A stretch of 64,000 nucleotides of DNA, from positions 1 through 64,000 of the forward strand of contig QPGO01000090.1 in NCBI GenBank assembly GCA_008632985.1, given 5' to 3'. Position numbers and translations under genes: made by a program. The notes under the pieces were generated by a model. That model did no database searches. It was not told the DNA's origin and was given only the letters and a program-made list of their open reading frames with translations. Shown here in pieces: positions 52,201-64,000 of the stretch (positions are counted from its first letter, which is position 1; every line of letters starts with the position of its first letter). Source of the stretch: Psammoneis japonica (Eukaryota).

Positions 52201-53750
52201 TGAACTTGCACTGTCAACAAAGAGCTCCTTGAGCTTCCTTTGGCTGGACTCCCGCATTGTCCATTGTTGACAGTGGATGTCACTGTGAGTTGTGAGTGAT
52301 GTGCATGATGATTGATGTTGTGAGGTTGCCAAAGTGGTGTGCAAAAAAGTGTCATGCTAAAAAGCTGCACAACTGCTGATGTCACAATCTGCACAAGATC
52401 TGTGCAGGATCTCACTGCAAAGATTTTTCCTTGTCTTCTTCCTTGTCTTGGGCTGACCACTTCTTTGTGACAGAAAACCCAACCCACAACTGATGCAGTG
52501 CTGTCTTGTGATGGAAAAGTGAGAACAAATCTGAAAACAGCTGCACGCATGTCAAAGGGCATTTTTTGTTTTTCTCTCTCATTTCCTCTTTTTGTTTGTT
52601 GCTGACAATGACCAGGGGTGTGTTTGGCCATGAGAAGGAGATTTACACAGACATGACCACACACTCTCAAAATGGGCAGTGTCTTTGCTTTGCACAAATG
52701 GCTTGAGTTGGTGCAGATTTTGCAAGGAGTTGTGTTTGTCTCTGACTCTGGCTTGACACGCAGCTGCTTCATGGGGCACCAAGTTTGAGGGGGCAGCACA
52801 AATGCTGGGGCAGCTGAGTGTGCCTGCATGCTGAGGCACTTTGAGATTTGCAAAATTTCATGTCACAGAGTTCAACACTGAGATGTGGTCCACCCAAAGA
52901 TCTGGTTGCTGCAGCCATGCCAACCATCTCTGGCTGCAATGCCAGCGTCTTCTTGGCTGGCAAGAAGCTCCTCTGCACACTGGTGCTGCCAACTCAGCCA
53001 CCTCACAGCTTCAGCATCATCCAGCCCATGACCACAAGGGTGCAAACACTCTGTCACTCCAAGAGCACCTGGCGCCATTGCAGAAAGCAGCTTGCAAGCT
53101 CCAAGGACCCCAAATGTGTGCTGCATGACAGAACCATGGTTGCTTGGCCACATCACTTTTTTCAGCTGGGTTGCTGTTTTGGCTGATTCCAGTTTGGTTT
53201 TTCTGCTCAGGAAGCTTCCATCTGTGCCATGCCTCAGTGTTTGTGTTTTAGCCACACACAAGCCAAAATCCCACTTGATTGTGGCCACTTGTTTTGCTCC
53301 CATCAGGGAACAACCATTTGTTCTGGTTGTCTCTGCATTGTTCTCCATTGAGAGTGCTTTTTGCAACTTCGCTTGGTGGTGCATGTAAAATGCTGTTGGA
53401 GATTTGCTGTCAGATTGTTGGACAAGCATGGCTTTTAAGACAAGAGAGACCTCATGTTGTCACACCATTCATGGCAATCTTCAGTGTCATGGGTCAACAA
53501 TGTTTTTTTGACGTTTGGGGTGAAAATCAAGATTTCCCACAAAGCAATGTGTGGTTGGCACTGCCACAAATCATGTTCAATTACAATTACAGGCTCAGAT
53601 TACTTCTAGGGGATGGGCCAGTCAACATGTTGCATGTTGCAAAGGACAGGCACCAACTCATGTCTGCTGATTCAAATGTGTGGTGTCACCATTCCTGTCG
53701 AGGTCAGTGTGAATTGACACAAGAGGGGGCTTCCTTGCATGGCAAAAACT
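49290..53750. mobile_element. Degenerate TpA/CpG-depleted transposon block
   Basis: By eye, 50041-50340 has no TA and one CG. Contains a hAT relic and an internal ~145-bp direct repeat (about 51456-51600 and 51607-51770). Confidence 0.65.
49700..51070 (-). pseudogene. hAT transposase remnant
   Basis: Fragments in different frames: GGICWWVEWEM (RW motif region), ETAAAVDAG..LEGDTP, and a dimerisation-domain-like AVCLVALAQVSSASPVECLFSQLKLVVD. Confidence 0.6.
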
Positions 53751-53965
53751 AACGATTTCCTGGCTGAAGAGAGTCCATGATGAACCAGTCTTTAGGTAAA
53801 ACTGCTAAAGTCGAGTCATCTGTGTTTTGTTTCATGGATTGTACATGCAATGGAAAAGACCAGTGATTGAAGCAACTGTAGAAATGGCACGAGCGAGTGA
53901 GTCCCTGACGGTGGGTCCGGCTACCTACTGAAACATCCACCAGAGAGCCTATGACTGTAGCCTGG

Positions 53966-55364
53966 TCACTTTTCACTTGACGATAGATTCCAATAATATG
54001 AAGCTGTAATTGATGGAATTCCGAAAACAAGGGCCAAGGCCGCCAAGGATGAAGACAATACCGACGAATCCAAGTCCAGCAAGCCACTTGTAGCGAGCTC
54101 GGCACTGCCATACTTTGTAGCATAGGAACAAATCAAGACCAACATTGCAAACTTGGCTACCAATAAGCTGTTGCTCTCATCTATTATATCCCGTGTCTGC
54201 AACAATGGCTGCGTCGCAATGGCGTCGGCGACAAGTCCTGCTGGATCCGTGTTGGATTTTGGTGACGACGAAAGAGCCAATCCTGGCGTCCATCCATTGC
54301 TCTGTGCAATTCGCCATGCCGCCAATGCACACGTTGTATTGCCAATGAGTGTCAACCATCCCTGCAGCAATACCAAAAAGGGTTGTGAATTGTAAAATAA
54401 GTGATTGGTACAAGCGCAAATTCCGCCCGCATGTAGCGGCAACATGCCCCACACCAAGCCCTTCCAGCTAGAATTGCCAGTCGTTTTGCTGTAGTTCCAT
54501 ACAAGCCACATGGCCGCAATGTATTCCCACATGCTCGAATAGTGTATAATCCAAGTGGGAATGGACAAGGCATTGGCTGGTTCTGAATTGGTAGTAGTAG
54601 GTAGATTGCCAAGACCAAGCAAGAATGCGGCGTGCGCGTCGGTACCAAGTAAAGGTGAGGTTCCAACGGCACACATAATGGCAAAAGCCACAACCGCCCC
54701 AAAGGCAAATGGCTTTAGTACACTCCAATCGAATGGTTTGGTGGGATTATTGATTGTCTCCTTCAAGCCCAGTACCTTTCGTGCAAGAGGTGAGAGGATG
54801 AGGAGTGTTCTATCGTTCAACTGGACATTTATTCATCGCATCCATGGGCGTTCAACTTACAATCAGTACATTGGCAATCGTCAGCAACGACTCGGCTCCA
54901 CCATGAATCCAATCGACATTGGATAGCGACAAACCATACTTGGATTGGCACAGACTGCCCGCTGGAATGGCTGCAAACACAAATACGAGCACAAACTGAA
55001 ACCCAAAATTGGCCAAATCCGGTAATCGATTAGCCCGAAAGCCCAAAAAGTAGAGAAAGGCCAAGTATGGAAGTAGCGATACTTGAAACAGAGTACCCGA
55101 AAAGCTGGTGGTACTAGTGCCGGCAGCAAGTAACGTGTTGGACGCCAAGGAGAGGTCTGTGGGCGGGTCGAGGAGAATCGGAGTAATGCTCGTCGTTATC
55201 GTAGCAGACAATAACTCATGATGCAGTTGGCATACTAAAGCATTCTCCTTTCTTGGAATAGCAATCGAGACGGGTGTCACAAAAGCCAAGGTAGGAGGGC
55301 ACACGACGGGAAAAAGAAACAAGAAAAACATCGGAATTGATGACACATTATGGGTTTTCGGCAT
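53966..55364 (-). CDS. Plastid membrane protein, DUF3593 plus DUF2499 (Ycf49-like)
   Basis: LFQVSLLPYLAFLYFL...LSNVDWIHGGAESLLT, then ALSIPTWIIHYSSMWEY...WGMLP. Intron 54776-54860. Signal peptide followed by LAF. Confidence 0.8.
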
Positions 55365-55566
55365 CTTTTCTCACAGAATTTTTTTCTTTCAGTCAAACCG
55401 TCTATTTTAGAACCAACAAGAACTGTCTCCTTGATGGCACACTGGTTACAGTAGTAATAGCAAATAGGAGTGGTAGCAATAAGCAAGAAAGAGCTTGATG
55501 CTTGATAGCCACATCACACATCACATCCAGCATCCAGATCTGAGTTCTGAGTTCGCGGTGTTGGCG

Positions 55567-56896
55567 TCAGCAGTTGCCAGAGCTCAGAGCTCGTAAAATA
55601 GATAGGAAGGTTGCTGGAATTTGGAACTGGAACACTGGACGTACTGTCTTCCATTCATCTTCAATCTCAAGCGTCAAAAAGAATGAATGCTCATGGCGAC
55701 AAGCTTCAAACTGCTGCACCAGCTGCTCGCTCTGTCGAAAAGTCAGAGATGGCCGGTGGCGCTGGGTTGAAGTTTGCAGTGGCGCACAGGAAGATGAATT
55801 CCACAATTGGTTTCACCAACTGATGTCACTGCCAATCGCAACCCCATGAAGTTTTGTTTGCCAGTCACGACCATCATCTTCGGGGTCCCATTTGTCTATC
55901 GCACGCTGCGCAGCAACAGCATCAAAGACTTCAAGTCCCTCCGGCAGCTGAATTTCGCCATCGTGCTGCCATTCCAAAAGAGGGCAACTGAGAATGACAC
56001 GAGATGCCAATGTCGGACCAGGCAAAGCAAGAGTGTCAGTAGAAGAAAGGATGCATTGAGTGAATTCCATCAACTTCTTGTTGCTGAAAGGAAGCATCTC
56101 TTCCACGTTCGAACACATCGCTGAGCCAAAACCAGGTCCAGATGGATCAACATCACCGCGGCCGAGAAAGCCTCATTGAAGTGCAAATCGTCCCCTGATG
56201 CCATGGCACCTTCTGCAAATGCCACGAGAGCCATGTTGAAAGCCAAAGCCGTGCGTTTTGGCATTGGAGGAAGGATTCCATTACCCGGATGACCAAGACC
56301 GAGTGACCAATTGCCTTGGATTGCACCAGCTGCACTTGGCATGTTGCAAGGATTAGCAGCATCAGCAAAGTTCAGGTGTGGGCACATGTTTGTGACCATG
56401 GCAGACAGGAACTGAACCATTTTCACACACTTGACATGAGTTGGAAGGGTCTTGTACGTTTCCTGGTGGCAAGGATCCAATTCGGCAAGATCTTGATTGG
56501 CAGGGTGATGACAGTCCTCCAGATCGGGTTTCTCGGCACATGTGCAAATCCGCTTGGAAGTGGGCACGTGGACTTTGCCACAATGCGAGTGGACGTGAGA
56601 TGACAGAGTTGCTCCAATGCATCAAGCAATGGTTGCAAAAGGCTGTCACCACAACCAATGCAGCTTGCATGACATCCCTTGTTGATGGCTCCCAGTGCCC
56701 CTGCATCTTCCCAGCTCAAAAAACTTGCAATGTTTTCAAACAATCCGTGCTCCAATGGGACAAGAACCACAGCTGCAGCATCAGCACCATGAGCCGCCTT
56801 GTTGTTGTGTTTGATGCTGGTGCTGAGGCAGACGTCCTTCTTCTGCTGCTTTTTCCTGCGGTTCTTGCAGAGACTCATGGGGCGGGAACGCTTCAT
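55567..56896 (-). pseudogene. Degraded F-box-like host gene
   Basis: LEHGLFENIASFLSWEDAGALGAINKGC resembles an F-box. The frame continues through frameshifts and a stop. TpA-depleted. Confidence 0.45.
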
Positions 56897-57362
56897 CTTT
56901 CAATGCAACAAAGGTGACAATGAAGAGCGCAGTGATGGATGCAACCAATCACCAAGAAGGCCGCAAGGCAAAGACTCTGTCAACAGCAACACACACCGCA
57001 ACCGGCAAGATCATGGATCATGGTCGCAACTCGCACAATGACCATGGACAACAGGACACATGGACAGACGTCACAGGTGGGAAAAAATCCATCCACGGGG
57101 GCATCATCGACTGCCAGTCTGGTCTGCGGAAAAAATCCTTTTGAACCCAGCATTCATTTTGCTTCATCAAAACGAAGCCATTGCGATCGTTGTCTTGTTC
57201 TTCCAAACCTCAAGAGTGCAATAAATGGCACAAGCAGTTGGCCGAAGCAACAACCACCCTTCGCGCACGCATTGTGTGGCAAATGGTCTGTCTTGGAAGC
57301 AAAGGGCGAGAGATGAGCAGTGCATCACCATTTCCTCAGCAGTGCACATGACAACTGCCTCA

Positions 57363-60300
57363 TGACAGAAATTGAAGGCAAATGGCAAGAACTCAAACAA
57401 CAACTCCTTGCTGCTGTCTAAATGGCAGATGAGTCTCCGCTCAGATTTGTCACAGGAGCCGAAAGACGTGCAAGTCGGCACAATCGGGCCACTGTTGTTG
57501 TTCTTGTGAGCCTTGTGGCTCGAAAGCAAACTGCATCGCGCGCGAACGCGCGGAACCAAAGCACACAAAACTGTGCGCGGCAAACTGAACAGCGTGCGAC
57601 ATGTCGCACGCACCCAAATCCTGTTCAAATCCTGTCACTCCCCAGTTTGCTTGAGGAGTCACAGAAACAGATTTGACTTCGGATTGACCAAAGAACTTTG
57701 GAGTCAAAGCACCAAAACATGAGGAGACAAGAAAGGATCAGGATCCAAGAGCAACGTTGCATTCTCCAAGTGGGTCATCTTGAGATGAGCTGCGTCTCCC
57801 CAATTGTAGATGCCGTTGTGCTTTTCAAAGCTCAAGGCACACTTGGAATCTTGTGGGATTCCACATCCGCACTTGCAATGGAAGGAGCAAAGCTTGGTCT
57901 GGTTGACAATGTTGAACGGTGGGGCAACATTGCAGGACAATGCAAACAAGTTGACATCGCCTTCACTTCCTGAGCGAAGGTCATAAAGACTGATGGCCGT
58001 CTGTTGGTTCTTGGGATGGTTGCCACACTGGGCTGCTGCCAGAAAAACAGAGCAGTGCTCGTGCAGGGTGGCATGGCGTTTGCACGACTCGGGGAACAGA
58101 GCAAGCATGAGTTCAAAGGCACAAGCGGTGGTCTTGTGTTCCACCAATCCGATTGCAAGCTCAGCTGCATCTCCTGAGAGACTGATCCAATTGGAGAAAC
58201 GAGTCTCAAGGTGCAAGCCTTCGGGGATTGGATTGGAGCAAGACATCTTGTGGTGCAAGGCTGCAGATGTCTGACTGGGGCAACCAGTCCCATGCTGCAA
58301 CACTTCTGGGATCCAACAGGACTTGCCAGTCTTGTGACATGAGTCTTCGGGGATCCAATCAGGAGGCCAAGTCTTGAGGTGCGAGACTTGGGGGATCCAA
58401 TCCGGAGGCCCGGTCTCGAGGCGTGAGACGTGTAGGATCTGATTGGGAGGCCCGGTCTCGAGGCACGAGATGTGGAGAGTCCAGTTGGGAGGCCTGGTCT
58501 CAAGGCACGAGACTTGGGGCATCCGATCAGGAGGCCCAGTCTCGATGTGCGACACTTGGGGCATCCAATCAGGAGGCCCAGTCTCGAGGCACGAGACTTG
58601 AGGCATCCAATCAGGAGGCCCAGTCTCGAGGTGCGAGACTTGAGGCATCCAACCAGGAGGCCCAGTCTCGAGGTGCGAGACTTGGAGCATCCAGTCAGGA
58701 GGCCTGGTCTCATGGTGCGATGCTTGGAGGATCCGAAGACAACGAAGCTGCTTGGATGTCCTGAACTCCCCATCTGATGAACCGGTTGAACTGTTGTGAA
58801 CAGATTCAATGACGGGAAAAGGAGGCTCCCCATCAGGAGATGTGAGAAGCAAGTTGTCATCTCCATCACTTCCCAAACGAAGACTGTGAAGGGTGACAGC
58901 GGTCGACATGTGGAGGTTGGCAGCACGTGGTTTGTGGGGTGCAAAGACTGCAGCTTTGGAAGCCATGGGTGGAGTGTCCCAACTGGTCTTGAAGTGCGGG
59001 CCTGTGCAAGGGCTGCAATCCTGCACTGGGCCGAGGTTGCTTGCAGGCGGGTTGGTCAAGACATGCGGGGCGCGACTGACACCACTTCCAGGGGACACCT
59101 GAGTGGCGGCACAGTGCAAGGCTGGTGTCAAAATGGCACTGGGTTCACCTGGTTTGGATGGCAAGGGACTCGGCACAGGTGCGGAGGGTGCTGCGCCAGT
59201 GGCTAGAGAGGTCAAGTGGTCCGGACCAAGGCGGCAGTTGCGAAATTCGTCGGGTGTGAGCAACTGGGGTTCATTGGTCACATCATCACCATTGCAAACT
59301 TTGACAAAGCAGAAGCTGATCAAAGCTGCCAGGAGGTTTCTGTGGGTCCGTGGCAAAGGCACTGCATTGGCGCCATCTCTGCAAGTGAGGGCGTCAATTT
59401 GGGTGGGTGAGAACGTGAACAATTCCTCGCACGATTCAATCCCATTGATGGACAGGGCAGAACAAAGAGGGCTGTCATCGTCTTGATTGAGCACAGTGCC
59501 TAGAATGTATTTGAAGCTTTCGGTTTGTTGCTGTTGCGTGAGAACCATGACGGAGGACGGTGCAGTAGAAACAAAAGACAGGAACCAATCTAGAGCGCGA
59601 TCTTGACTCGGAGTTTTGACTTGGAACTTGGCCTGAAAAAGACTTGACTTGAGCCAGACTTGACTTGAAATCTTGGACTGTCTTAAAATCAGAAGTTGCC
59701 GGGTTGTGCTGTCCCATTCGTTGTCAAGTGCTAAACTTCCCATCCAGTCCGTAGAGTTGTGCCGGCACGTCCGAACCCGCAGCTGGTGGCGCTTTGGGTT
59801 GCTTGCGAGCGGAGCAGCAGGTTGTAAACCCCTGCAGGTGAGCTGACTGGAGGTGGACAAGACCCCCGAACCGTTCTCATTTTATGTCGGTTGGATTTCC
59901 CGATCAGGCTGGCCAGTTGATGCAGGCGTCAGGCGCTGTGGACGAACGAACAAACGCAGGAAAAACACCCTCGCCCCAACGCAGGCTGCAATCACGGCTG
60001 CTTGCTCTCACAGTCGTCCTCGTGGACCTGGTGGAGCTGTGGAGTGCCAGCAGTCCGGGGCAGATCAGGTGCAATGGACTCGGCCTGCTTGTAGAGTGGC
60101 AGCAAAGCCGCAGTCCAAAGAGTGGGTACAAGTTCTTGGCCGTGAAGACGTGCACATGTGTGTGTGTCTTCAGCGACGAAGATCCTTGAATGTGCAGGGT
60201 TCTTGACCGTTGACCAATGAATGGGTGTGTCAAGGGATGAGGATCAAGGGCAGACTTGGACATGACCGTTCAACGCATGTCTTCAGCGACAAAAGGCAAT

Positions 60301-60780
60301 GTGTTCAATCCAGATGTCCAGCGACAAGTGGATTTGACGGTGATGTTAACTTCCTGCCGATGCCTGGCATTGAATGCGCGCAGACTTGCCGATGTACATA
60401 GAACACATGCGGAGATCCACGCAGAATTGAAATGGCATTGTCGGTAAATCAACGACGACCATGGCGGTTGCTCAATGGGTTGACAATGAGCAAGACTGTT
60501 AATCTGACAGAAATTGAAGGCAAATGGCAAGAATTCAAACAATGACTCCTTGCTGCTGTCTAAATGGCAGATGAGTCTCCGCTCAGAGACCGTCACAGGA
60601 GCCGAAAGACGTGTAAGTCGGTATAATCGGGCTACTGTCATTGTTCTTGTGCTCCTTGTGGCTCGAAAGCAAACTGCATCGCGCGCGAACGCGCGGAACC
60701 AAAGCACACAAAACTGTGCGCGGTAAACTAAACAGCGCGCGACATGTCGCGCGCACCTAAATCCTGTTCAAATCCTGTCA
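57363..60780 (-). mobile_element. Non-autonomous Copia (CoDi-like) LTR retroelement, copy 2
   Basis: LTRs at 60505-60780 and 57363-57637. 5-bp TSD CCTCA at 57358-57362 and 60781-60785. PPT at 57638-57648. Colinear with copy 1. Confidence 0.92.
57704..59548 (-). CDS. Gag-like ORF (614 aa) of LTR copy 2 with about nine 14-aa repeats
   Basis: Open from ATG 59548 and homologous to 17577-19717. Openness is partly expected because TpA loss removes TAA/TAG stops. Confidence 0.5.
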   Translation of the reverse strand: MVLTQQQQTESFKYILGTVLNQDDDSPLCSALSINGIESCEELFTFSPTQIDALTCRDGANAVPLPRTHRNLLAALISFCFVKVCNGDDVTNEPQLLTPDEFRNCRLGPDHLTSLATGAAPSAPVPSPLPSKPGEPSAILTPALHCAATQVSPGSGVSRAPHVLTNPPASNLGPVQDCSPCTGPHFKTSWDTPPMASKAAVFAPHKPRAANLHMSTAVTLHSLRLGSDGDDNLLLTSPDGEPPFPVIESVHNSSTGSSDGEFRTSKQLRCLRILQASHHETRPPDWMLQVSHLETGPPGWMPQVSHLETGPPDWMPQVSCLETGPPDWMPQVSHIETGPPDRMPQVSCLETRPPNWTLHISCLETGPPNQILHVSRLETGPPDWIPQVSHLKTWPPDWIPEDSCHKTGKSCWIPEVLQHGTGCPSQTSAALHHKMSCSNPIPEGLHLETRFSNWISLSGDAAELAIGLVEHKTTACAFELMLALFPESCKRHATLHEHCSVFLAAAQCGNHPKNQQTAISLYDLRSGSEGDVNLFALSCNVAPPFNIVNQTKLCSFHCKCGCGIPQDSKCALSFEKHNGIYNWGDAAHLKMTHLENATLLLDPDPFLSPHVLVL

Positions 60781-61599
60781 CCTCACATTGTTGATTGGTG
60801 CCACTTGCTCAGTCATGAAGGTCAGAGAAGTTGTCAAAAACAACCACACACCACGACCATGGTGACTTGTGCAAAAAACAAAAAACCTCACTCCTGTCAA
60901 CCCAAAACACCAATCAGCTCCAGACTGGGATGAGGCTGACCTGGAACTGTGGCACACAAACTCCAGACTTTGACAAAAACATTCCCAAGTGTCAGCACAC
61001 TGTCCAAACAGCGTGGACCACCCATGACAGCCAGCAGCAGTTTTGAGCTGACGAGGATGGGGTTCTGGGTTCTGTGCTGGGGCAATCTGGAGCTGAGCAG
61101 CTCTGGCCCGTTGGGACAAACTGGCTCTGGTGCAGCTGCTGGAAGCAGCAGAGCTGACCTTGGTGGGGCCCTGCTTGCAGCTCTCAATTGAACCAAAAAC
61201 AATGTTCAAGCCGAGGGTGCGATCTCAGGAATGCCCTGCATGTTGGTTGAGCAACAAGCGGCAGCTGCTGCAAAGAGACTTGGGGAGAGAAATGACAAAG
61301 GAAGGAGCACAAGAGCTCTCTGAGTTGAAGTCAAAGTTGTGCACTGCACATGCTCTTTTGCAATTAGAGGCAATTGTTGAAAAAGCCCTGTGTCAACTGT
61401 GAGGCCAAATTTGAGCACTCTGATCTTGAAAACACAAATGTGGCTCAGCCGCACGATGATGGCAGCAATGCTCACACTAAAAGTGCCTGTGCTTTGACAG
61501 CACTCATGGCATTCTTGAAGCACCTTTTTGTTCATTGAGGATCACTTTTGCAACATTGCTGGTTGGAGTTTTGTTTCTTGGTGGTGCTGAAAAAGCGCT

Positions 61600-62115
61600 G
61601 GCCACTTGTGCAATGTTTTCAAACAATGTGCTCCGACAGGACAAGAACCACGGCTGCATCAGCACCGTGAGCTGTCCCATTGTGTTTGATGCTGCTGCTG
61701 ATGCAGAGGTCCTTCTTCTGCTTCTTTTCCCCACGGTTCTTGTGGAGACTTGTGGAGCTGGAACGCTTCGTCTTTCAACACAACAACAAAGGTGTGACAA
61801 TGAAGAGCGCAACGATGGATGCAACCAATCACCACGAAGGCCGCAAGACAAAGACTCTACAGTGTCAACAGCAACACACAGGCAAGATAGGAAGAAGAAA
61901 CACAACGCGAACAAATGGATCATCCAATCATCATGTTATCATGAGTCGTCACTCGTACTGACCATGGACAATGAGGCACATGGACAGACAACATCGATTA
62001 CGGAAAAGATCTTTTTGGAACAATTCATTTTGCTTCATCAAAACGAAGCTGCTGCGATCGTTGTTTTGTTCTTCCAAAACTCAAGAGTACAGTGAATGGC
62101 GCAAGCAGTCGGCAT
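61600..62115 (-). repeat. Diverged duplicate of 56720-57260 (5' part and upstream region of the F-box-like gene)
   Basis: Shared blocks such as gtgacaatgaagagcgc..gatggatgcaaccaatcacc and ttcattttgcttcatcaaaacgaagc. Confidence 0.85.
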
Positions 62116-63649
62116 ATGGCGCAAGCAGTCGGCATTATCAAGCGTCACAACAAAGAATGACTGCCATGGCGACAAAGCTTCCAAAGTTGCGCAAGCTGCT
62201 ACAACCAAAAGATAGAGCTAGCCGGTGGCGCTTGGTCGAAAGTAACATAGGCACTAAGTGCTAAGCGCTTATCTTTGGTTTGACCTTTATTTTGTAATAG
62301 CCATGCACTAAATTGATAGGTCCTCTTGATAATACTGAATGGATCCACTGCAGACAGTCTGCATTGTGATGTTTTCAATGGATAGCAACACTATCTAACT
62401 CTTTCCAGCCTCTTGCTCCTTCAAAAGCTTCCTGTATTCATAAACTCTCAGGTCTCGCCGTTCCATGGCGAACTTCCATTCGTCACGAAGGATTTGACGT
62501 TCCTAGTAATGAAGAGAAGCAATGTGAAAGTAGACAGGAGGTTAGATTCAATCGAGAAATTAAGAACTCTCTCCACAGTATCCAACGAATGACACTAACT
62601 TCAAAACGACGGTGAATCCGTTGGCTCGGTCGACTACAACGCAACTGTCCCTTGACTGCAAATAAAAACGACAACTAACATCAAAGATACCGCGTCTTTT
62701 GCTTGACAACCCCACTGATGAAGTTCACTTCCGTAGGTGGCACAGGTTATGATTCCCAGTCATCACCGACGCACGCGAAAAGAACATACCGTTCCATATG
62801 CGACTCTGTGGACTCCCCACATCAATCCAGCTACCGCATTGAAGGCTCCTGCGATAATAAGCAGCGATGGGACTGGTTGCCACGGCATGGTTGTTTGTTT
62901 CAGCAAGCAGCGGCGACGACGCAAACAATCACAACGTCAAGAGCGCGATGTTGTGGTGCTTTGCGCGTTCCTTCGCTCAATGCAAATCAACGCGCGAGTG
63001 AACGCGCGAAATAGGAATCGCAAAATTTTCTTTCGATGACGAATGCTTGATGACGCATCATGACGTCGGAACAGCTGCCACGTCGAGGCTAAATTATTCG
63101 CAATAAATTCTGATTCCGCGGAACTCCCTTCGTAGATTTCTACAGGAAGTACTAGAATACTGAAAAATGAAGTGAAAAATGACGTATGTAGAATCTAGTG
63201 GATGCAGTAGATTTGAAGACCCCACGTCCGAATTATACTGAATCCTACGAACCGCGTGAAACACAGTAATTTCTCTACATGCGTGATTTTAGTATGTTTT
63301 GCACGGGCGACCGTACCACCTCTACGTGAATTTTCCCGTAGAAGGGTACCAATTCCAAAACCGCCTTCTCACCTCCGACTCAGCTCGGACGACTGCCATT
63401 TTCCCACTTCCACACCCTTGCAAACAGCCGAATTTGCATTGAAAACCATCACTTTGCTATCAAACCACACAATCCTTCTGTTGCTTTTGCTCATTCGACA
63501 GCTAATAGTATCTGCTGCAACGTCTCAATTCTCCGCATCATCTATTCTTCATTCCAAAGACTGGTTTTCGCAAAAGTCACCGAAACACACTAGTATTTCC
63601 TCATCGCTCATCGCGCATTGCCATCAAACAACTTGATACAACTACCACA

Positions 63650-64000
63650 ATGATTATTGACTCTAACCCTCAAAACAGTGCTGAACAGCACGAAAAGGTC
63701 TGCATCATCGGAAGCGGTAACTGGGGTTCTGCAATCGCTACCCTCGTGGGTCCGAATTGTGAGAAACTTCCAAACTGCGAAGACCGAGTAAACATGTGGG
63801 TCTTTGAAGAAACAGTCCAACTCGAAGACGGCTCATCCCACAAGCTCACAGAAGTCATCAACACACGGCACGAGAACGTCAAGTACTTGCCAGGCATTAC
63901 GCTCCCCGAGAACGTTATTGCCGTCCCCGATCTGAAGGAAGCATGCGAGGGCGCCACGTTGCTAATCTTTGTCCTTCCTCACCAATTCCTACCAAAACTC
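63650..64000 (+). CDS. GPD1: Glycerol-3-phosphate dehydrogenase (NAD+), partial
   Basis: My translation: [15 protein letters not shown]...VNMWVFEE...[13 protein letters not shown]...LIFVLPHQF. Runs off the end of the window and is absent from the ORF track. Confidence 0.92.
   Translation, partial: MIIDSNPQNSAEQHEKVCIIGSGNWGSAIATLVGPNCEKLPNCEDRVNMWVFEETVQLEDGSSHKLTEVINTRHENVKYLPGITLPENVIAVPDLKEACEGATLLIFVLPHQFLPKL

Overview
Eukaryotic nuclear DNA, most likely from a diatom: genes are compact with short GT-AG introns, some have ASAF-type bipartite plastid presequences, and there are CoDi-like Copia remnants. About 13 host genes are present: a sulfotransferase, an FG-GAP-like membrane protein, a ~999-aa plastid acyltransferase-lipocalin fusion, an extensin-like protein, INO1, ABHD17, RBM42, RPT1, NIP7, an HA-domain protein, transaldolase, an M64-like peptidase, GalE, a DUF3593/Ycf49 protein and a partial GPD. 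They alternate with sharply bounded blocks of repeat-derived DNA almost devoid of TpA and, in older parts, CpG. Aligning the four LTR copies in the window shows TpA being converted to TpG or CpA after insertion, on both strands, while neighbouring CpGs stay intact. This looks like a repeat-targeted A:T->G:C hypermutation, opposite in direction to fungal RIP, and is the best candidate for an undescribed system. The second highlight is a 13.1-kb head-to-tail array of five 2.6-kb TIR elements inside one 8-bp TSD. Its internal junctions carry a 6-bp flank-derived spacer, as expected from a transposon-circle (copy-out) intermediate. Also present are two non-autonomous LTR elements with a probable half-tRNA-Asn primer site, two MITEs, a hAT relic and a duplicated F-box-like pseudogene. 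Several 1-bp frameshifts in conserved genes are probably sequencing errors. All counts and alignments were done by eye and no database searches were run.
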